From Clostridiales bacterium (GTDB lineage Bacteria; Bacillota; Clostridia; Oscillospirales; Acutalibacteraceae): 64,000 nucleotides of DNA. Positions 30,627 through 40,968 of the stretch are shown here, piece by piece. The translations under genes and the position numbers were made by a program. Each line of letters begins with the position of its first letter. Position 1 is the first letter of the stretch. Location of the stretch: assembly GCA_012519975.1 (NCBI GenBank), contig JAAYPE010000037.1:5129-69128 (forward strand), read 5' to 3'. The notes beneath the pieces were generated by a model. The model was not told the origin of the DNA. It did not search any database and was given only the letters and a program-made list of their open reading frames with translations.

Positions 30627-30734
30627 CCCCTTAAAATTTGTAAAATATTGCTACTAATCATTACAACAACACTGCCCCTTATACAGAGGCAGCGTTATAT
30701 AGTGCATAATTTATATATCTGTTTCCCCTGTAGT

Positions 30735-32732
30735 TTATTCTACAGAATCAGTTAATTCATCCTTAGGTTCAATAAGAGCACGAATAGAAATACTTACTCT
30801 TTTTTTATCATAATCAATTTCTGTAATTTTAGCTGTGACTTCCTCACCAACTGAGAGTATATCTTGTGGTTTTTCAATGTGTCTATCAGCAATTTGAGAA
30901 ATGTGTATGAGTCCATCGATTCCAGGAATTATTTGTGCAAATGCACCAAAGCTAGTCATACCAACAATTTTGGTAGTAATTACATCCCCAACGGAATAAG
31001 TTGTTTTAAGTACTTCCCATGGGTTGTCCTCAGCTTTTTTATAACCAAGAGAAATTTTATTATCGTCTAAAGATTTAATATAAACCTCTACAGTATCACC
31101 GATGTTTAAAATTTCTGATGGGTGCTTTATGCGCTTCCAAGAAAGTTCAGAAATATGAATCATTCCGTCAACGCCACCGATATCAACAAACGCACCATAA
31201 CTTGTCATAGATTTTACAACACCTGTGTACACTTGCCCAACTTGTGCTGTGCTCCAGAACTTTTCTTCTAGTTCTTTGCGTTCATTTTTAATAACCTCTT
31301 TAATCGAACCAACTGCTCTTCTACGAGGCTTATTAACCTCTATAACCTTGAAAGAAACTTTTGTATGCAAAAGACTCTCAAGCGATTCACTTCTTGACAT
31401 AACAGCTAGAGACGCAGGGATAAATACCCTAACTCCACCCTTTGTTGTTGCAAGAACTCCGCCTTTGATAACATCGGTTACAGTTGCTTCAACGATTGTG
31501 CCTTCTTCATGAGCGCTGATAATATCATTCCAAGCATTAGCAGCATCAACACGGCGTTTGGACAGCATAACAGTACCTTCAGCATCATTTGTTTTCATAA
31601 TGATAACTTCGATAACATCGCCAATTTTTGCATCCTTTGCGGGATCCACAGTTGGGTCATAGCTATACTCACTGTATGGAATGTAACCTGCGTGCTTCCT
31701 TTCTATATCAACCTGAATTTCGTTAGGTGAAATACCAACGATAACACCTTTGATTTTCTGGTCTGTGCTCATACTTTTGAGTGATTCTTCAAGGGCTTCA
31801 GCAAAGCTCATTTCCTCAAAATCAGAAGTCGCAAGTTGCTCCCCATTTGCTACTTCTGCCTTTTCATTAAACAAATCAGACATAGTTTTAAGAACCTCCT
31901 TTATTATACCATCGGGAGTCGAGGCTCCCGCAGTAACACCAACACAAGAACAACCAGTAAAGTCAATTTTATCAATATCACTTGCGCTCTCAACTAAATG
32001 AGTTGGGCAGTTTGATTGGCAAACTTCTTTAAGCTTGACTGTATTTGCACTATTATGTGACCCAATTACAATCATCTTATCGCTTTTTTTAGAAATCTCG
32101 ATTGCCTCTTTTTGCTTTTCTTCGGTTGCACCACATATTGTATCAAAAATTGTAGCATTTGTATATACCAAATTTATTATTTTTATACATTCTTGCCACT
32201 CTTTAATACTAAAAGTTGTTTGTGGAACAACAAATATGTGCTTATTCACCAATTCTGGATGTTCATCTATAACCTTTTGTAACTCTTGTGTATTTTTAAA
32301 AGTGTAGTATTCAGAAGTACTATCACTTATAACACCAATGATTTCAGGATGATTTTTATCTCCTGCTATAAAAACAACATAACCTTCCTTAGTTTTTTCA
32401 TCAACAACTTGTTGCAGTTTTCTAACCTTAGGACAGGTTGCATCTTTGCAGTTAATCCCTTTAGAATCTAGCTCCTTTGAAACTGCTTTTGTAACGCCGT
32501 GTGCCCTTATTACAACTGTAGAGTTATCTGGTGCTTGTGAGGGATTGTCAATCACCCTAACACCTTTTTTTTCAAAATGCTCTACAACAGCATTGTTATG
32601 AACAATCGGGCCCAAAGTGCATACACTGTCAGACTCTTTTAAAGCGGTTTCTACAGCGTTAATTGCGCGACGAACACCGAAACAAAACCCAGCAGTTTTT
32701 GCAACAATTATTTCGCATCGCCCATATCCCAT
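30735..32732 (-). CDS. ispH: bifunctional 4-hydroxy-3-methylbut-2-enyl diphosphate reductase (IspH) / ribosomal protein S1 fusion
   Basis: N-terminal AKTAGFCFGVRRA..GPIVHN IspH module followed by four S1 repeats (e.g. GMIHISELS, GLIHISQIA). Confidence 0.9.
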   Translation of the reverse strand: MGYGRCEIIVAKTAGFCFGVRRAINAVETALKESDSVCTLGPIVHNNAVVEHFEKKGVRVIDNPSQAPDNSTVVIRAHGVTKAVSKELDSKGINCKDATCPKVRKLQQVVDEKTKEGYVVFIAGDKNHPEIIGVISDSTSEYYTFKNTQELQKVIDEHPELVNKHIFVVPQTTFSIKEWQECIKIINLVYTNATIFDTICGATEEKQKEAIEISKKSDKMIVIGSHNSANTVKLKEVCQSNCPTHLVESASDIDKIDFTGCSCVGVTAGASTPDGIIKEVLKTMSDLFNEKAEVANGEQLATSDFEEMSFAEALEESLKSMSTDQKIKGVIVGISPNEIQVDIERKHAGYIPYSEYSYDPTVDPAKDAKIGDVIEVIIMKTNDAEGTVMLSKRRVDAANAWNDIISAHEEGTIVEATVTDVIKGGVLATTKGGVRVFIPASLAVMSRSESLESLLHTKVSFKVIEVNKPRRRAVGSIKEVIKNERKELEEKFWSTAQVGQVYTGVVKSMTSYGAFVDIGGVDGMIHISELSWKRIKHPSEILNIGDTVEVYIKSLDDNKISLGYKKAEDNPWEVLKTTYSVGDVITTKIVGMTSFGAFAQIIPGIDGLIHISQIADRHIEKPQDILSVGEEVTAKITEIDYDKKRVSISIRALIEPKDELTDSVE

Positions 32733-33370
32733 AAGTCACCAATTCTTTCCATTATAATTCTTGTTGCTACGCGAATCTCAGAGGTTTTACCCTCTTGCGT
32801 AAATCCTAAATCTTCATATTTAATTATTTCACCAAATCTAACAACAGTTTTAAAACGCTTATCATCAATAGGAATTCTGCGCACTGAAACAGGCATAACA
32901 TCAGCATTTGCCTGCTTTGCAATCATCGCAACACCCGGCTTGCCTTTTTCTGGTCTTTCCTTTGTTTTTGAGCGCGTGCCTTCAGGAAAAACGCAAAGCA
33001 CATGACCTTCATTTACCACTCTGATAGCATAATCAATTGCAGACCTATCAACTGCCCCACGCTTTACAGGAAATCCATTAAAGAATGAAATTATATGCCT
33101 AGTATACCAATGTTGAAAATGCTCTGATTTTGTCATAAAATGCAAATCTCTTACGCCATTTGCGCCAATAGTAATTGGGTCAAAATTGCTAATATGATTG
33201 GGAGACATAATAAATCCCCCCTCTTTTGGAATATTCTCGATACCATAGAATTCAACTTTTTTGCTTTGAAGTGAAATCACAAGCTTTGCAAGGGGCATCC
33301 ATACATTATAAGAAAAGCCTTTTTTGCTTTTTATTTTTTTATCATAATTAAATTCATATTCTTTTGCCAT
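32708..33370 (-). CDS. plsC: 1-acyl-sn-glycerol-3-phosphate acyltransferase
   Basis: NHISNFDP (HX4D) and FPEGTRS motifs. Confidence 0.9.
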   Translation of the reverse strand: MAKEYEFNYDKKIKSKKGFSYNVWMPLAKLVISLQSKKVEFYGIENIPKEGGFIMSPNHISNFDPITIGANGVRDLHFMTKSEHFQHWYTRHIISFFNGFPVKRGAVDRSAIDYAIRVVNEGHVLCVFPEGTRSKTKERPEKGKPGVAMIAKQANADVMPVSVRRIPIDDKRFKTVVRFGEIIKYEDLGFTQEGKTSEIRVATRIIMERIGDLWDMGDAK

Positions 33371-34032
33371 TAAACTCTCTCCTCCACAATATTTTTTATA
33401 TCATTTATAACCTGTGGTAAAGATTTGTTTGTAGTGTCTACTATTATTGCATCATCTGCTGGTTTTAGAGGCGCAATTTCTCTATTAGAATCCTGAAAAT
33501 CCCTTTGCTCCATTTCCTCTAATACACTATTATAATCAATTTCTATGTTTTTTTCCATAAGCTCTTTATATCTTCTGTTTGCTCTCTCTTCCACTGAGGC
33601 TGTTAAAAATATCTTTACTTGTGCATTTGGCAAAACAACAGTACCGATATCCCTGCCATCCATAATGCAATTATTTTTATCTGCTATGTTCTGTTGCAAA
33701 TCAAAAAGATACTCGCGAACTGATGCAATTGCAGAAACATTAGACGCCGCCATTGACGCTTGTGGTGTTCGAATATCTTCAGATACATCCTCATTATTTA
33801 AATAAATCTTTTGAACCCCATTGATAAATTTAAGCTCTACCTTTATTTTGCTTAGGGTGCTAGTTACAAGTTTTTCGTCTTTTGTATCATACCCAAATCT
33901 TAAAGCATTAAGTCCTACAGCTCTATAAAGCGCTCCTGTGTCAACATAAATATAACCAAGACTGTGAGCAAGACTTTTTGCTATTGTACTTTTTCCTGCT
34001 CCTGCTGGCCCATCTATTGCAATGTTTATCAT
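33370..34032 (-). CDS. cmk: cytidylate kinase
   Basis: IAIDGPAGAGKST, YVDTGALYR and DGRDIGT motifs. Confidence 0.95.
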   Translation of the reverse strand: MINIAIDGPAGAGKSTIAKSLAHSLGYIYVDTGALYRAVGLNALRFGYDTKDEKLVTSTLSKIKVELKFINGVQKIYLNNEDVSEDIRTPQASMAASNVSAIASVREYLFDLQQNIADKNNCIMDGRDIGTVVLPNAQVKIFLTASVEERANRRYKELMEKNIEIDYNSVLEEMEQRDFQDSNREIAPLKPADDAIIVDTTNKSLPQVINDIKNIVEERV

Positions 34033-34043
34033 AACAAATCCTC

Positions 34044-35276
34044 CTAGACTGACATTCCTGCAAGATATCCTGTAGAAAATGCAATTTGCAAATTATATCC
34101 ACCAGTGTATGCATCAACATCTATAACCTCACCTGCAAAATATACACTCGGCATAAGTTTTGACTGCATAGTTTTTGGATTAATTTCTGATGTTTTTACG
34201 CCACCTGAAGTAATAACTGCCTCTTCTATTGGCCTAAAACCATCTATTGATATTTTAAATTCTTTTATTATATTGACGAGTTTATGTCGCATTTCACGAG
34301 TTACTTGATTTGTTTTAATATTTGGTGGAATATTTGAAAGCTCTATGATTACAGGAATCATTTTTTGTGGTAATAGTGAACTCAGTGAATTTGCAAAGTC
34401 TTTATTAGAATTTTTAAAAAAATCCCTTTGTATCCTTGCATCTAGTTTTTCAATACTTAGTGCAGGCTTTAAATCAATTACAAGCTCATATTTGCTTTTT
34501 TCAATATCTTTAATATGAGAGCTTGCACTCAAAATCACCGGACCCGTTACACCAAAATGAGTAAAAAGCATTTCTCCAAAATCGGAATACACTCCTTTAT
34601 GATTATTAGTATTTACAACTTTAACGCTAACATTTTTAAGCGAAAGTCCTTGCAACTCTTTGCAAATGCTCATATCACTTTCAAGCGGAACGAGTGAAGC
34701 CTTTGGCTCTACAATAGTATGCCCTACTTGCTTTGCAAGCGTGTATCCATCGCCAGTAGAACCAGTGAGAGGATATGAAACTCCACCTGTCGCAATTACA
34801 ACGCTATCCGCTTTAATTTCGCTTCCACTTTCTAGTTTTACTCCAACTAAGGTATCATTTTCAATAATTAGCTTTTGCACTCTGCCTTTTATTTTTTTTA
34901 CACCATTTTGCTTTATAAATTTATCTAATGCGTCTACAATATCAACAGACTTATCTGACACTGGAAAAACTCTGTTGCCTCTTTCAATTTTCAGTGGAAC
35001 ACCTAGTTGCTCAAAAAAATCTATTGTATCCAGTGGCATAAATTGCGTGAAAGCACTATAAAGAAATCTTCCATTAACTGGCACTGCGTCAATTAATTCA
35101 TTTACCATTGAGCAAGCATTGGTAACATTACATCTGCCTTTTCCTGTAATCATAATTTTTCTGCCTATTCTGTCGTTTCTTTCAATAAGAGTTACATTGT
35201 TTCCCTGACTTGCGGATGTTCCCGCTGCAACTAGCCCTGCAGCACCTGCGCCAATTACAATTACATTCTTAGACAT
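34044..35276 (-). CDS. NAD(P)/FAD-dependent oxidoreductase, HI0933/BaiN family
   Basis: VIVIGAGAAGL fold, GKGRCNVTN motif and C-terminal FAGEVIDVDAYTGGYNLQ. Confidence 0.85.
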   Translation of the reverse strand: MSKNVIVIGAGAAGLVAAGTSASQGNNVTLIERNDRIGRKIMITGKGRCNVTNACSMVNELIDAVPVNGRFLYSAFTQFMPLDTIDFFEQLGVPLKIERGNRVFPVSDKSVDIVDALDKFIKQNGVKKIKGRVQKLIIENDTLVGVKLESGSEIKADSVVIATGGVSYPLTGSTGDGYTLAKQVGHTIVEPKASLVPLESDMSICKELQGLSLKNVSVKVVNTNNHKGVYSDFGEMLFTHFGVTGPVILSASSHIKDIEKSKYELVIDLKPALSIEKLDARIQRDFFKNSNKDFANSLSSLLPQKMIPVIIELSNIPPNIKTNQVTREMRHKLVNIIKEFKISIDGFRPIEEAVITSGGVKTSEINPKTMQSKLMPSVYFAGEVIDVDAYTGGYNLQIAFSTGYLAGMSV

Positions 35277-36156
35277 CTTCTAGTGTTTCCTCCATCTTTT
35301 CATAAACCTCATATTTTTCCCAAACATTTTCAAGTTCACTAAAATTGTTAATTAAATTATCCTTATTTTCTAATGTCACAGCTACAATTAGTGCATTTAT
35401 AACGCTAAGTGGTGCAACAAGTGAATCTACAAATGATGCCATATCGCTCTTTGCTACCAAAACATAATTCGAAAATTTTGCAATAGGCGACGAATTGCTA
35501 TCGGTAATTGCTACAACTTTTGCCCCTTTGTTTTGAATAAATTGCAAAGCATTAATTGTTTGCTTTGAATATCTAGGAAAGCTTATAGCTATGCAAACAT
35601 CATCACTTGTAATTTTAAAAATCTGCTCAAAAATACCACTAGGGCTTGCAGAATCTACAAGCTCTATTTGGTCATACATTAAATTGAAATAAAAGGCAAT
35701 GAAACTTGCAAGGGATGCAGAGCTTCTAACGCCTAAAATGTATATTTTCTTTGCCTTATTTATTGCCTCAACTGCAAGCTTAAAATCCTCTTTTGATATG
35801 TTTTCTAAAGTCGTTTTTATCATATCAACATCGCTTGAAAGCACCTTGTCAAGAACATCGTCACTCGACATTCTAACGCTTGTAACTTCCATTCTTTGAA
35901 CTGCGGTAAGCTTGCTTTTTATCATTTCTTGAAGTGTTTTTTGCAACTCGGGATAACCATCATAGCCCAGATGCGTTGCAAATCTTACAACTGTAGACTC
36001 ACTAATATCCACAGTTTTTCCAAGAGTTGCAGCCGTCATAAATGCCGCTTTATCATAATTTTCTAAAATATATTTTGCAACCTTTTTATGACTCTTAGAA
36101 AGTGTTGGATATAAATTTTCAATTCTTGAAAGCAATTTACTGCTCATAACATCCAC
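35269..36156 (-). CDS. MurR/RpiR family transcriptional regulator (HTH + SIS domain)
   Basis: N-terminal HTH_6-like region and SIS domain (IYILGVRSSASLA). Confidence 0.85.
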   Translation of the reverse strand: MDVMSSKLLSRIENLYPTLSKSHKKVAKYILENYDKAAFMTAATLGKTVDISESTVVRFATHLGYDGYPELQKTLQEMIKSKLTAVQRMEVTSVRMSSDDVLDKVLSSDVDMIKTTLENISKEDFKLAVEAINKAKKIYILGVRSSASLASFIAFYFNLMYDQIELVDSASPSGIFEQIFKITSDDVCIAISFPRYSKQTINALQFIQNKGAKVVAITDSNSSPIAKFSNYVLVAKSDMASFVDSLVAPLSVINALIVAVTLENKDNLINNFSELENVWEKYEVYEKMEETLEDV

Positions 36157-36248
36157 CTAATCACTTTAATTTAAAAACACATATATATTTTATACTCTTA
36201 ATATAAAAAAGGCAATACATAAATGCAAGATTTATTTTATAATCCTTC

Positions 36249-36278
36249 AAAAAAGAACGAGGATAAACACCCTCGTTC
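36249..36278 (-). terminator. intrinsic terminator
   Basis: GAACGAGG pairs with CCTCGTTC, followed by T6 on the minus strand. Confidence 0.8.
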
Positions 36279-36320
36279 GTAATCTTACACCTTTTTGCAA
36301 AAAAAAATATTAACTGACAG

Positions 36321-36848
36321 TCATTTTAAAAAATATTTTTTAAGTTTATTTTTCCAACGCTTATCATAAACAACAGCTAGTGTTGAAAGCGTGTAATCAT
36401 ACACAATAAAAGTTACATTTCCTAAGGCTAGCATTACATATTTGCCGTACTCTTGCAAGTCACCATCTGGGATAGCAAAAATATAAATTAAAATAATAAA
36501 CGCTAAAAATATTGAAATATTAAAAACTGCAAATTTTAAAATCCATTTAACAAATGAAGAAAATCGTTTTTCTATTATATCTTTTAATATTACATAGTAA
36601 CCGAAAAAGAATATATATAAAATTGTAGCTTCTTTGTTTGAAATTAATATAAGTGAAAGAGTGCTAACGGACAAATAAACCATAAAAGGCCATTTTTTAT
36701 CTACCTCTTTTACAAATATTAATAATAAGACACCTGCTAGTGCAGGCAAAGTATACGAAAGTGTTGGAAAAACATTTGCAAGAAACAATATAAGAATAGA
36801 CAATGCCGTAATTATTCCACCAAAAGCCGTAAGTAATGTGTTATTCAA
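36321..36848 (-). CDS. hypothetical polytopic membrane protein
   Basis: 175 aa, 5 predicted TM helices. No motif recognised. Confidence 0.55.
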   Translation of the reverse strand: MNNTLLTAFGGIITALSILILFLANVFPTLSYTLPALAGVLLLIFVKEVDKKWPFMVYLSVSTLSLILISNKEATILYIFFFGYYVILKDIIEKRFSSFVKWILKFAVFNISIFLAFIILIYIFAIPDGDLQEYGKYVMLALGNVTFIVYDYTLSTLAVVYDKRWKNKLKKYFLK

Positions 36849-36871
36849 CTATACAGCCTCCTATTTTTTAG

Positions 36872-37513
36872 TTAACAACATTTACTACCTAAGCAACCGC
36901 AACAAGAGTCTAAGCAAACAAGCCCCATACAAATATTGCATAGATCACAATTATCAGAACAAGCGTGTGAATTACGAAACCGCCCGTTGTTTCCATAATA
37001 TTCTTGCGATTTTCTTTTAGGATTTTTGAGTTCATTTAAAGCGTCTTGATATTCTTTATTATATGGGTCCATATCAAGTGCAACTACATAGTTGTTATAC
37101 GCTTCTTCAATCCACCCTCTTTTTTGCTGTATAGAACCTTTTAAATAAAACCATTCAGCCGTTCTTACATTTGCTGGAATTCCCTGAAGTATAGTAAGAG
37201 CATCATCATATCTTCCCTGACTTATGCACTTTCTAACATCTGGATACTGGGTTGTTGTTCCATAATAAGAGGTATCCTCGTTCTCTCCTTTTGCATAATA
37301 TGTTGCATTAGAATCTGATGTCCCACGGCGTTTGGACATAATTTCATCATACGCATTGTCAAGCTCTTCCATCTTACTTTTTGCAATATCCGAAAGAGGA
37401 CTTCCATCAAAATTGCTACTATGATATTTCCTAGCAATTTGCTTATATGCTCTTTTTATTTCTTCATCAGTTGCATTAACCGAAATGCCCAAAACTTCAT
37501 AAGGATTGTCCAT
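36872..37513 (-). CDS. J-like domain / TPR protein with a C-terminal cysteine string
   Basis: NPYEVLGIS..EEIKRAYKQIARKYH resembles a J domain but reads HSS where HPD is expected. TPR-like middle. 10 Cys in the last 29 aa. Confidence 0.75.
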   Translation of the reverse strand: MDNPYEVLGISVNATDEEIKRAYKQIARKYHSSNFDGSPLSDIAKSKMEELDNAYDEIMSKRRGTSDSNATYYAKGENEDTSYYGTTTQYPDVRKCISQGRYDDALTILQGIPANVRTAEWFYLKGSIQQKRGWIEEAYNNYVVALDMDPYNKEYQDALNELKNPKRKSQEYYGNNGRFRNSHACSDNCDLCNICMGLVCLDSCCGCLGSKCC

Positions 37514-38427
37514 TATATCGCCCCTTTATTTACAACTCTTTCCTTTTCTTTGTAAAGCCCCTCATAAAAAATATTATCAAAAACATTACCAAATCTGTTT
37601 ACTGTCAAAAGCTCATAAGTATTAATTATTTCTGATATAGTCCTGTCAATAATTTCGCCCGCTTCAAGCTTTATATTTTTTGTATCATCACCTTTTAAAA
37701 GTCTATATGAAATTGCAAAAGTATTGTACTCACCTGTTTTCAAATCTTCGTCTAAATCGTCTATAGCATCAATTATATAAACATATCTGCCAACACAATA
37801 CCCTAGATGCTGTATAATTCTTTTTTGCTGTTCATCAGTTTCACCATAAGCAAAAATTTCGCTCAAAGCTGTCGCCGTAGGGTTTGCTGCAACATCTATT
37901 TTTTCACATTTTTTATTTTCAAGTTCTTTTTGTTGTTTCATTAATTCTTCAATAGCACAATCAAGCTCTGCATACTTTTTCTTTGCTTTTTTGTGAAAAA
38001 GCGTGGCTATTGGAAGCATTAAAAGACTAGCTATTTTTTTGAAAAATCCGCTATCCTCTATATCGTCTTTAATCTTATAATACATCATTATCATTGCAAT
38101 ATAAGCAGAAAATCTAATCCATTTATTATCTTTTTCAAAACAATTACATTTATGAAAAGGATTAAAACTACAATGCCCCTTTTTTACTTTTGGGCATTTA
38201 TCGTCAAGAGCCATTTTCATAAGTGCAAGAAATGCAAAATCATAACTCAAAGCAAGCCTTGAAACAAATCCAAAGCTTCTTCCCATCTCTTTACAAAGAG
38301 AGCAATATACGCCTTTATATATTTCATAATCTTTTATTTTAAGTTCTGGTTTACAAATTTTTACATAACCAAACACCACATCACCCAATATTAATGTTAT
38401 CAAATATAGGCAAAAATAGGTTAACAT
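37513..38427 (-). CDS. hypothetical protein (DUF5685-like) with two DDxxD motifs and an N-terminal Cys cluster
   Basis: 304 aa with DDIED and DDLDED motifs about 100 aa apart. Its stop overlaps the ATG of the J-like gene (TAATG). Confidence 0.65.
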   Translation of the reverse strand: MLTYFCLYLITLILGDVVFGYVKICKPELKIKDYEIYKGVYCSLCKEMGRSFGFVSRLALSYDFAFLALMKMALDDKCPKVKKGHCSFNPFHKCNCFEKDNKWIRFSAYIAMIMMYYKIKDDIEDSGFFKKIASLLMLPIATLFHKKAKKKYAELDCAIEELMKQQKELENKKCEKIDVAANPTATALSEIFAYGETDEQQKRIIQHLGYCVGRYVYIIDAIDDLDEDLKTGEYNTFAISYRLLKGDDTKNIKLEAGEIIDRTISEIINTYELLTVNRFGNVFDNIFYEGLYKEKERVVNKGAI

Positions 38428-38493
38428 ATTGTAAATTTTTAATTAAAAGTTATAAGTTTAATGTTGTTTTACTGCCAAATTGTTATTTAGGAA

Positions 38494-39366
38494 TTATTTT
38501 AGAATTTCCGATATGTTTTCCATTATTTTTTCTGCAACTTCTGGTTTGTTCATCGTGTATAAATGTATACCCTTAACTCCATTCGCTACAAGGTCTATAA
38601 TCTGTTCAGTTGCGTATGCAATGCCCGCTTGCTTTAGTGCCAGCGGATTATCTCCAAACTTATCAACAATGGATTTAAATCTTGGTGTTAGATTTGTTCC
38701 AGACAACTCGCAAATGCGCTTAATTTGCCTACTGTTTGTTACAGGCATAACTCCGGCAAAAACCGGCAAATTAATATCGTTTGCAAGCGCCCTATATAAA
38801 AAATTGTACATAACATTATTATCAAAGAACATTTGAGTAACTAAAAAATCAACTCCACAATCAACCTTTTGTTTTAAAAACTCAATATCCTTTTCTTTAT
38901 TATTCGACTCAATATGCCCCTCTGGATAGCAAGCTGCACCAATGCAAAAATCGCCATCGTCTTTGCTTTTTATATCTTCAATAAGTTGGTATGCATATTT
39001 ATAATACCCTGCATTTGGAAACTCCATGTCTTTTGGTATATCACCTCGCAAGGCTAAGATGTTATTTATATTCTTGCTCTTTAGTTTGTTAACAGTATCT
39101 GAGATTTCATCTTGTGACGATGACACACAGGTAAGGTGAGCAAGTGCCATTGTATCCAGGTCATTTTCTATGTATGATGCAATATCAATTGTATTGTTAG
39201 AAACTCCGCCACCTGCACCATAGGTCACGCTCATAAAGCTAGGGTTTAATTCTGACAATTTTGAAACCGCATTTTTAACTGGCTCAAAAGGTGCATCATT
39301 TTTCGGTGGAAAAACCTCGAATGATACAACAAAATCTTCCTCTTTTAGCTTATCTGTAATTTTCAT
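38494..39366 (-). CDS. metF: methylenetetrahydrofolate reductase
   Basis: SFEVFPPK, SVTYGAGG and LRGD motifs. 290 aa. Confidence 0.9.
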   Translation of the reverse strand: MKITDKLKEEDFVVSFEVFPPKNDAPFEPVKNAVSKLSELNPSFMSVTYGAGGGVSNNTIDIASYIENDLDTMALAHLTCVSSSQDEISDTVNKLKSKNINNILALRGDIPKDMEFPNAGYYKYAYQLIEDIKSKDDGDFCIGAACYPEGHIESNNKEKDIEFLKQKVDCGVDFLVTQMFFDNNVMYNFLYRALANDINLPVFAGVMPVTNSRQIKRICELSGTNLTPRFKSIVDKFGDNPLALKQAGIAYATEQIIDLVANGVKGIHLYTMNKPEVAEKIMENISEILK

Positions 39367-39466
39367 TATATGTCACACATCCCAAACCATAATTAAACTA
39401 TTTTAATTATGTTATCACAATTACCCAAGTTTTTGCAAGAAAATTGTATATTCCAAACTTTTTTCA

Positions 39467-39495
39467 TTGAATTTTTATAATTTTTGCTGTATAAT
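39467..39495 (+). promoter_or_regulatory. sigma-A type promoter for the antiporter gene
   Basis: TTGAAT, 17-nt spacer, TATAAT. Confidence 0.55.
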
Positions 39496-39556
39496 CTCAA
39501 CATACTTAATATCAAGTAAGTTAATTTTAATAATTCAAATTTAGGGGGCTTCTTAA

Positions 39557-40804
39557 ATGGAATCAAATAATTATTTGTTATCCCTTGCTATTATTTTGAT
39601 TTCGACAAAGTTATTCAGTCTTGCTTCAAGAAAAGTTAATATGCCACAAGTTTTGGGAACTCTTATAGCGGGTTTAATACTCGGGCCTAGCGTTCTTGGA
39701 ATGCTTACGGAAAGTGAGTTTCTTATCAAGATTTCTGAGATTGGCGTTATTATGCTTATGTTTATCGCAGGTCTTGACACTGACTTAAAACAGCTAAAAC
39801 AAACTGGCGGTGCTTCTGTCGTTGTTGCTATTTTAGGTGTAATACTACCTTTAGCAGGCGGTTTTTTATCGTACCATTTCTTTTTTCACGATGCTACCGA
39901 TGAAATCGGTATGCTAAAAGCACTCTTTATCGGCGTTGTTTTAACTGCAACTTCTGTTAGTATTACCGTTGAAACACTTCGAGAACTTGGCAAACTCAAC
40001 GGTAAAGTCGGAACTACCATCGTTAGTGCTGCCGTAATTGATGACATACTTGGAATTATAATTTTAACAACAATTACAAGCCTTACAGATAACAAAGTTA
40101 AATTATCTGTAGCGCTCGGAAAAATAGCTTTGTTTTTTGTATTTCTTGCCGTATTTGGAACAGCAATTCACTACTTATTTAGATGTCTTGAAAAGAAATA
40201 TGGTCAAAAAAGGCGTATAGCAGTTTATGCTTTTGCTTTTTGCTTGTTTATGGCTTATGCAGCAACAACTTGGTTCGGTGTTGCAGATATTGCAGGTGCA
40301 TACTTTGCAGGTTTATTCCTTTGCAACATTGCAAAAACCCAAAAGTATGTTGCTAAAAAATTAAATGTTGCATCTTATCTGATTTTCTCACCAGTATTTT
40401 TTGCAAGTATCGGTATTAAAACAGATTTAAGAGGTATGAATAAAGAATTATTGATTTTTTCTTCAATTCTACTTGTTGTAGCTATTGCAACTAAAGTTAT
40501 TGGTTGTGGTCTTGGTGCAAAAATTTGCAAATTTTCTAACAAAGAATCTTTAAATGTTGGTATTGGAATGGTCACTAGAGGTGAGGTTGTACTGGTCGTT
40601 GCCCAACAAGGAGCACAAATAGGGCTAATTTCACCTACCCTGTTCCCTGCCGTAATTTTAATAGTTATCGTTACAACTCTTATAACTCCTGTTATGCTTA
40701 AATTTTCTATGAAAGATAAAGACGATAATAATAAAGATGATAGCGTGGATAAAAATCCGCTACTTGAGACACAATCTACTTTTATGGAAGTTGAGGATAG
40801 TTAG
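39557..40804 (+). CDS. cation:proton antiporter (CPA2 / Na+/H+ exchanger family)
   Basis: 415 aa, about 12 TM helices, with an N-terminus typical of NapA/KefB-like exchangers. Confidence 0.85.
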   Translation: MESNNYLLSLAIILISTKLFSLASRKVNMPQVLGTLIAGLILGPSVLGMLTESEFLIKISEIGVIMLMFIAGLDTDLKQLKQTGGASVVVAILGVILPLAGGFLSYHFFFHDATDEIGMLKALFIGVVLTATSVSITVETLRELGKLNGKVGTTIVSAAVIDDILGIIILTTITSLTDNKVKLSVALGKIALFFVFLAVFGTAIHYLFRCLEKKYGQKRRIAVYAFAFCLFMAYAATTWFGVADIAGAYFAGLFLCNIAKTQKYVAKKLNVASYLIFSPVFFASIGIKTDLRGMNKELLIFSSILLVVAIATKVIGCGLGAKICKFSNKESLNVGIGMVTRGEVVLVVAQQGAQIGLISPTLFPAVILIVIVTTLITPVMLKFSMKDKDDNNKDDSVDKNPLLETQSTFMEVEDS

Positions 40805-40865
40805 CTATAAAATGCAGCGCAATTGTTTTTAAAAACAATGTAATATAATAAATTTAGATTTTAAA

Positions 40866-40901
40866 AGGCAATAGACGACAAATTTCTATTGCCTTTTTTT
40901 T
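40866..40901 (+). terminator. intrinsic terminator
   Basis: AGGCAATAGA pairs with TCTATTGCCT, followed by T8. Confidence 0.9.
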
Positions 40902-40968
40902 CATATCGTTATAGAATATAAGTGTTGGCTGTAGCAATCGCATCGCTTTAAGGAGGATTTTTAAAAAT

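Noticed and set aside
30735-32732. IspH-ribosomal protein S1 fusion as a novelty
   Set aside because: As far as I recall, this fusion architecture is common in Clostridia. It is annotated as a feature and not treated as a discovery.
39367-39460. SAM (S-box) riboswitch upstream of metF
   Set aside because: The upstream region is under 100 nt and lacks the conserved S-box core sequences. No structured leader is evident.
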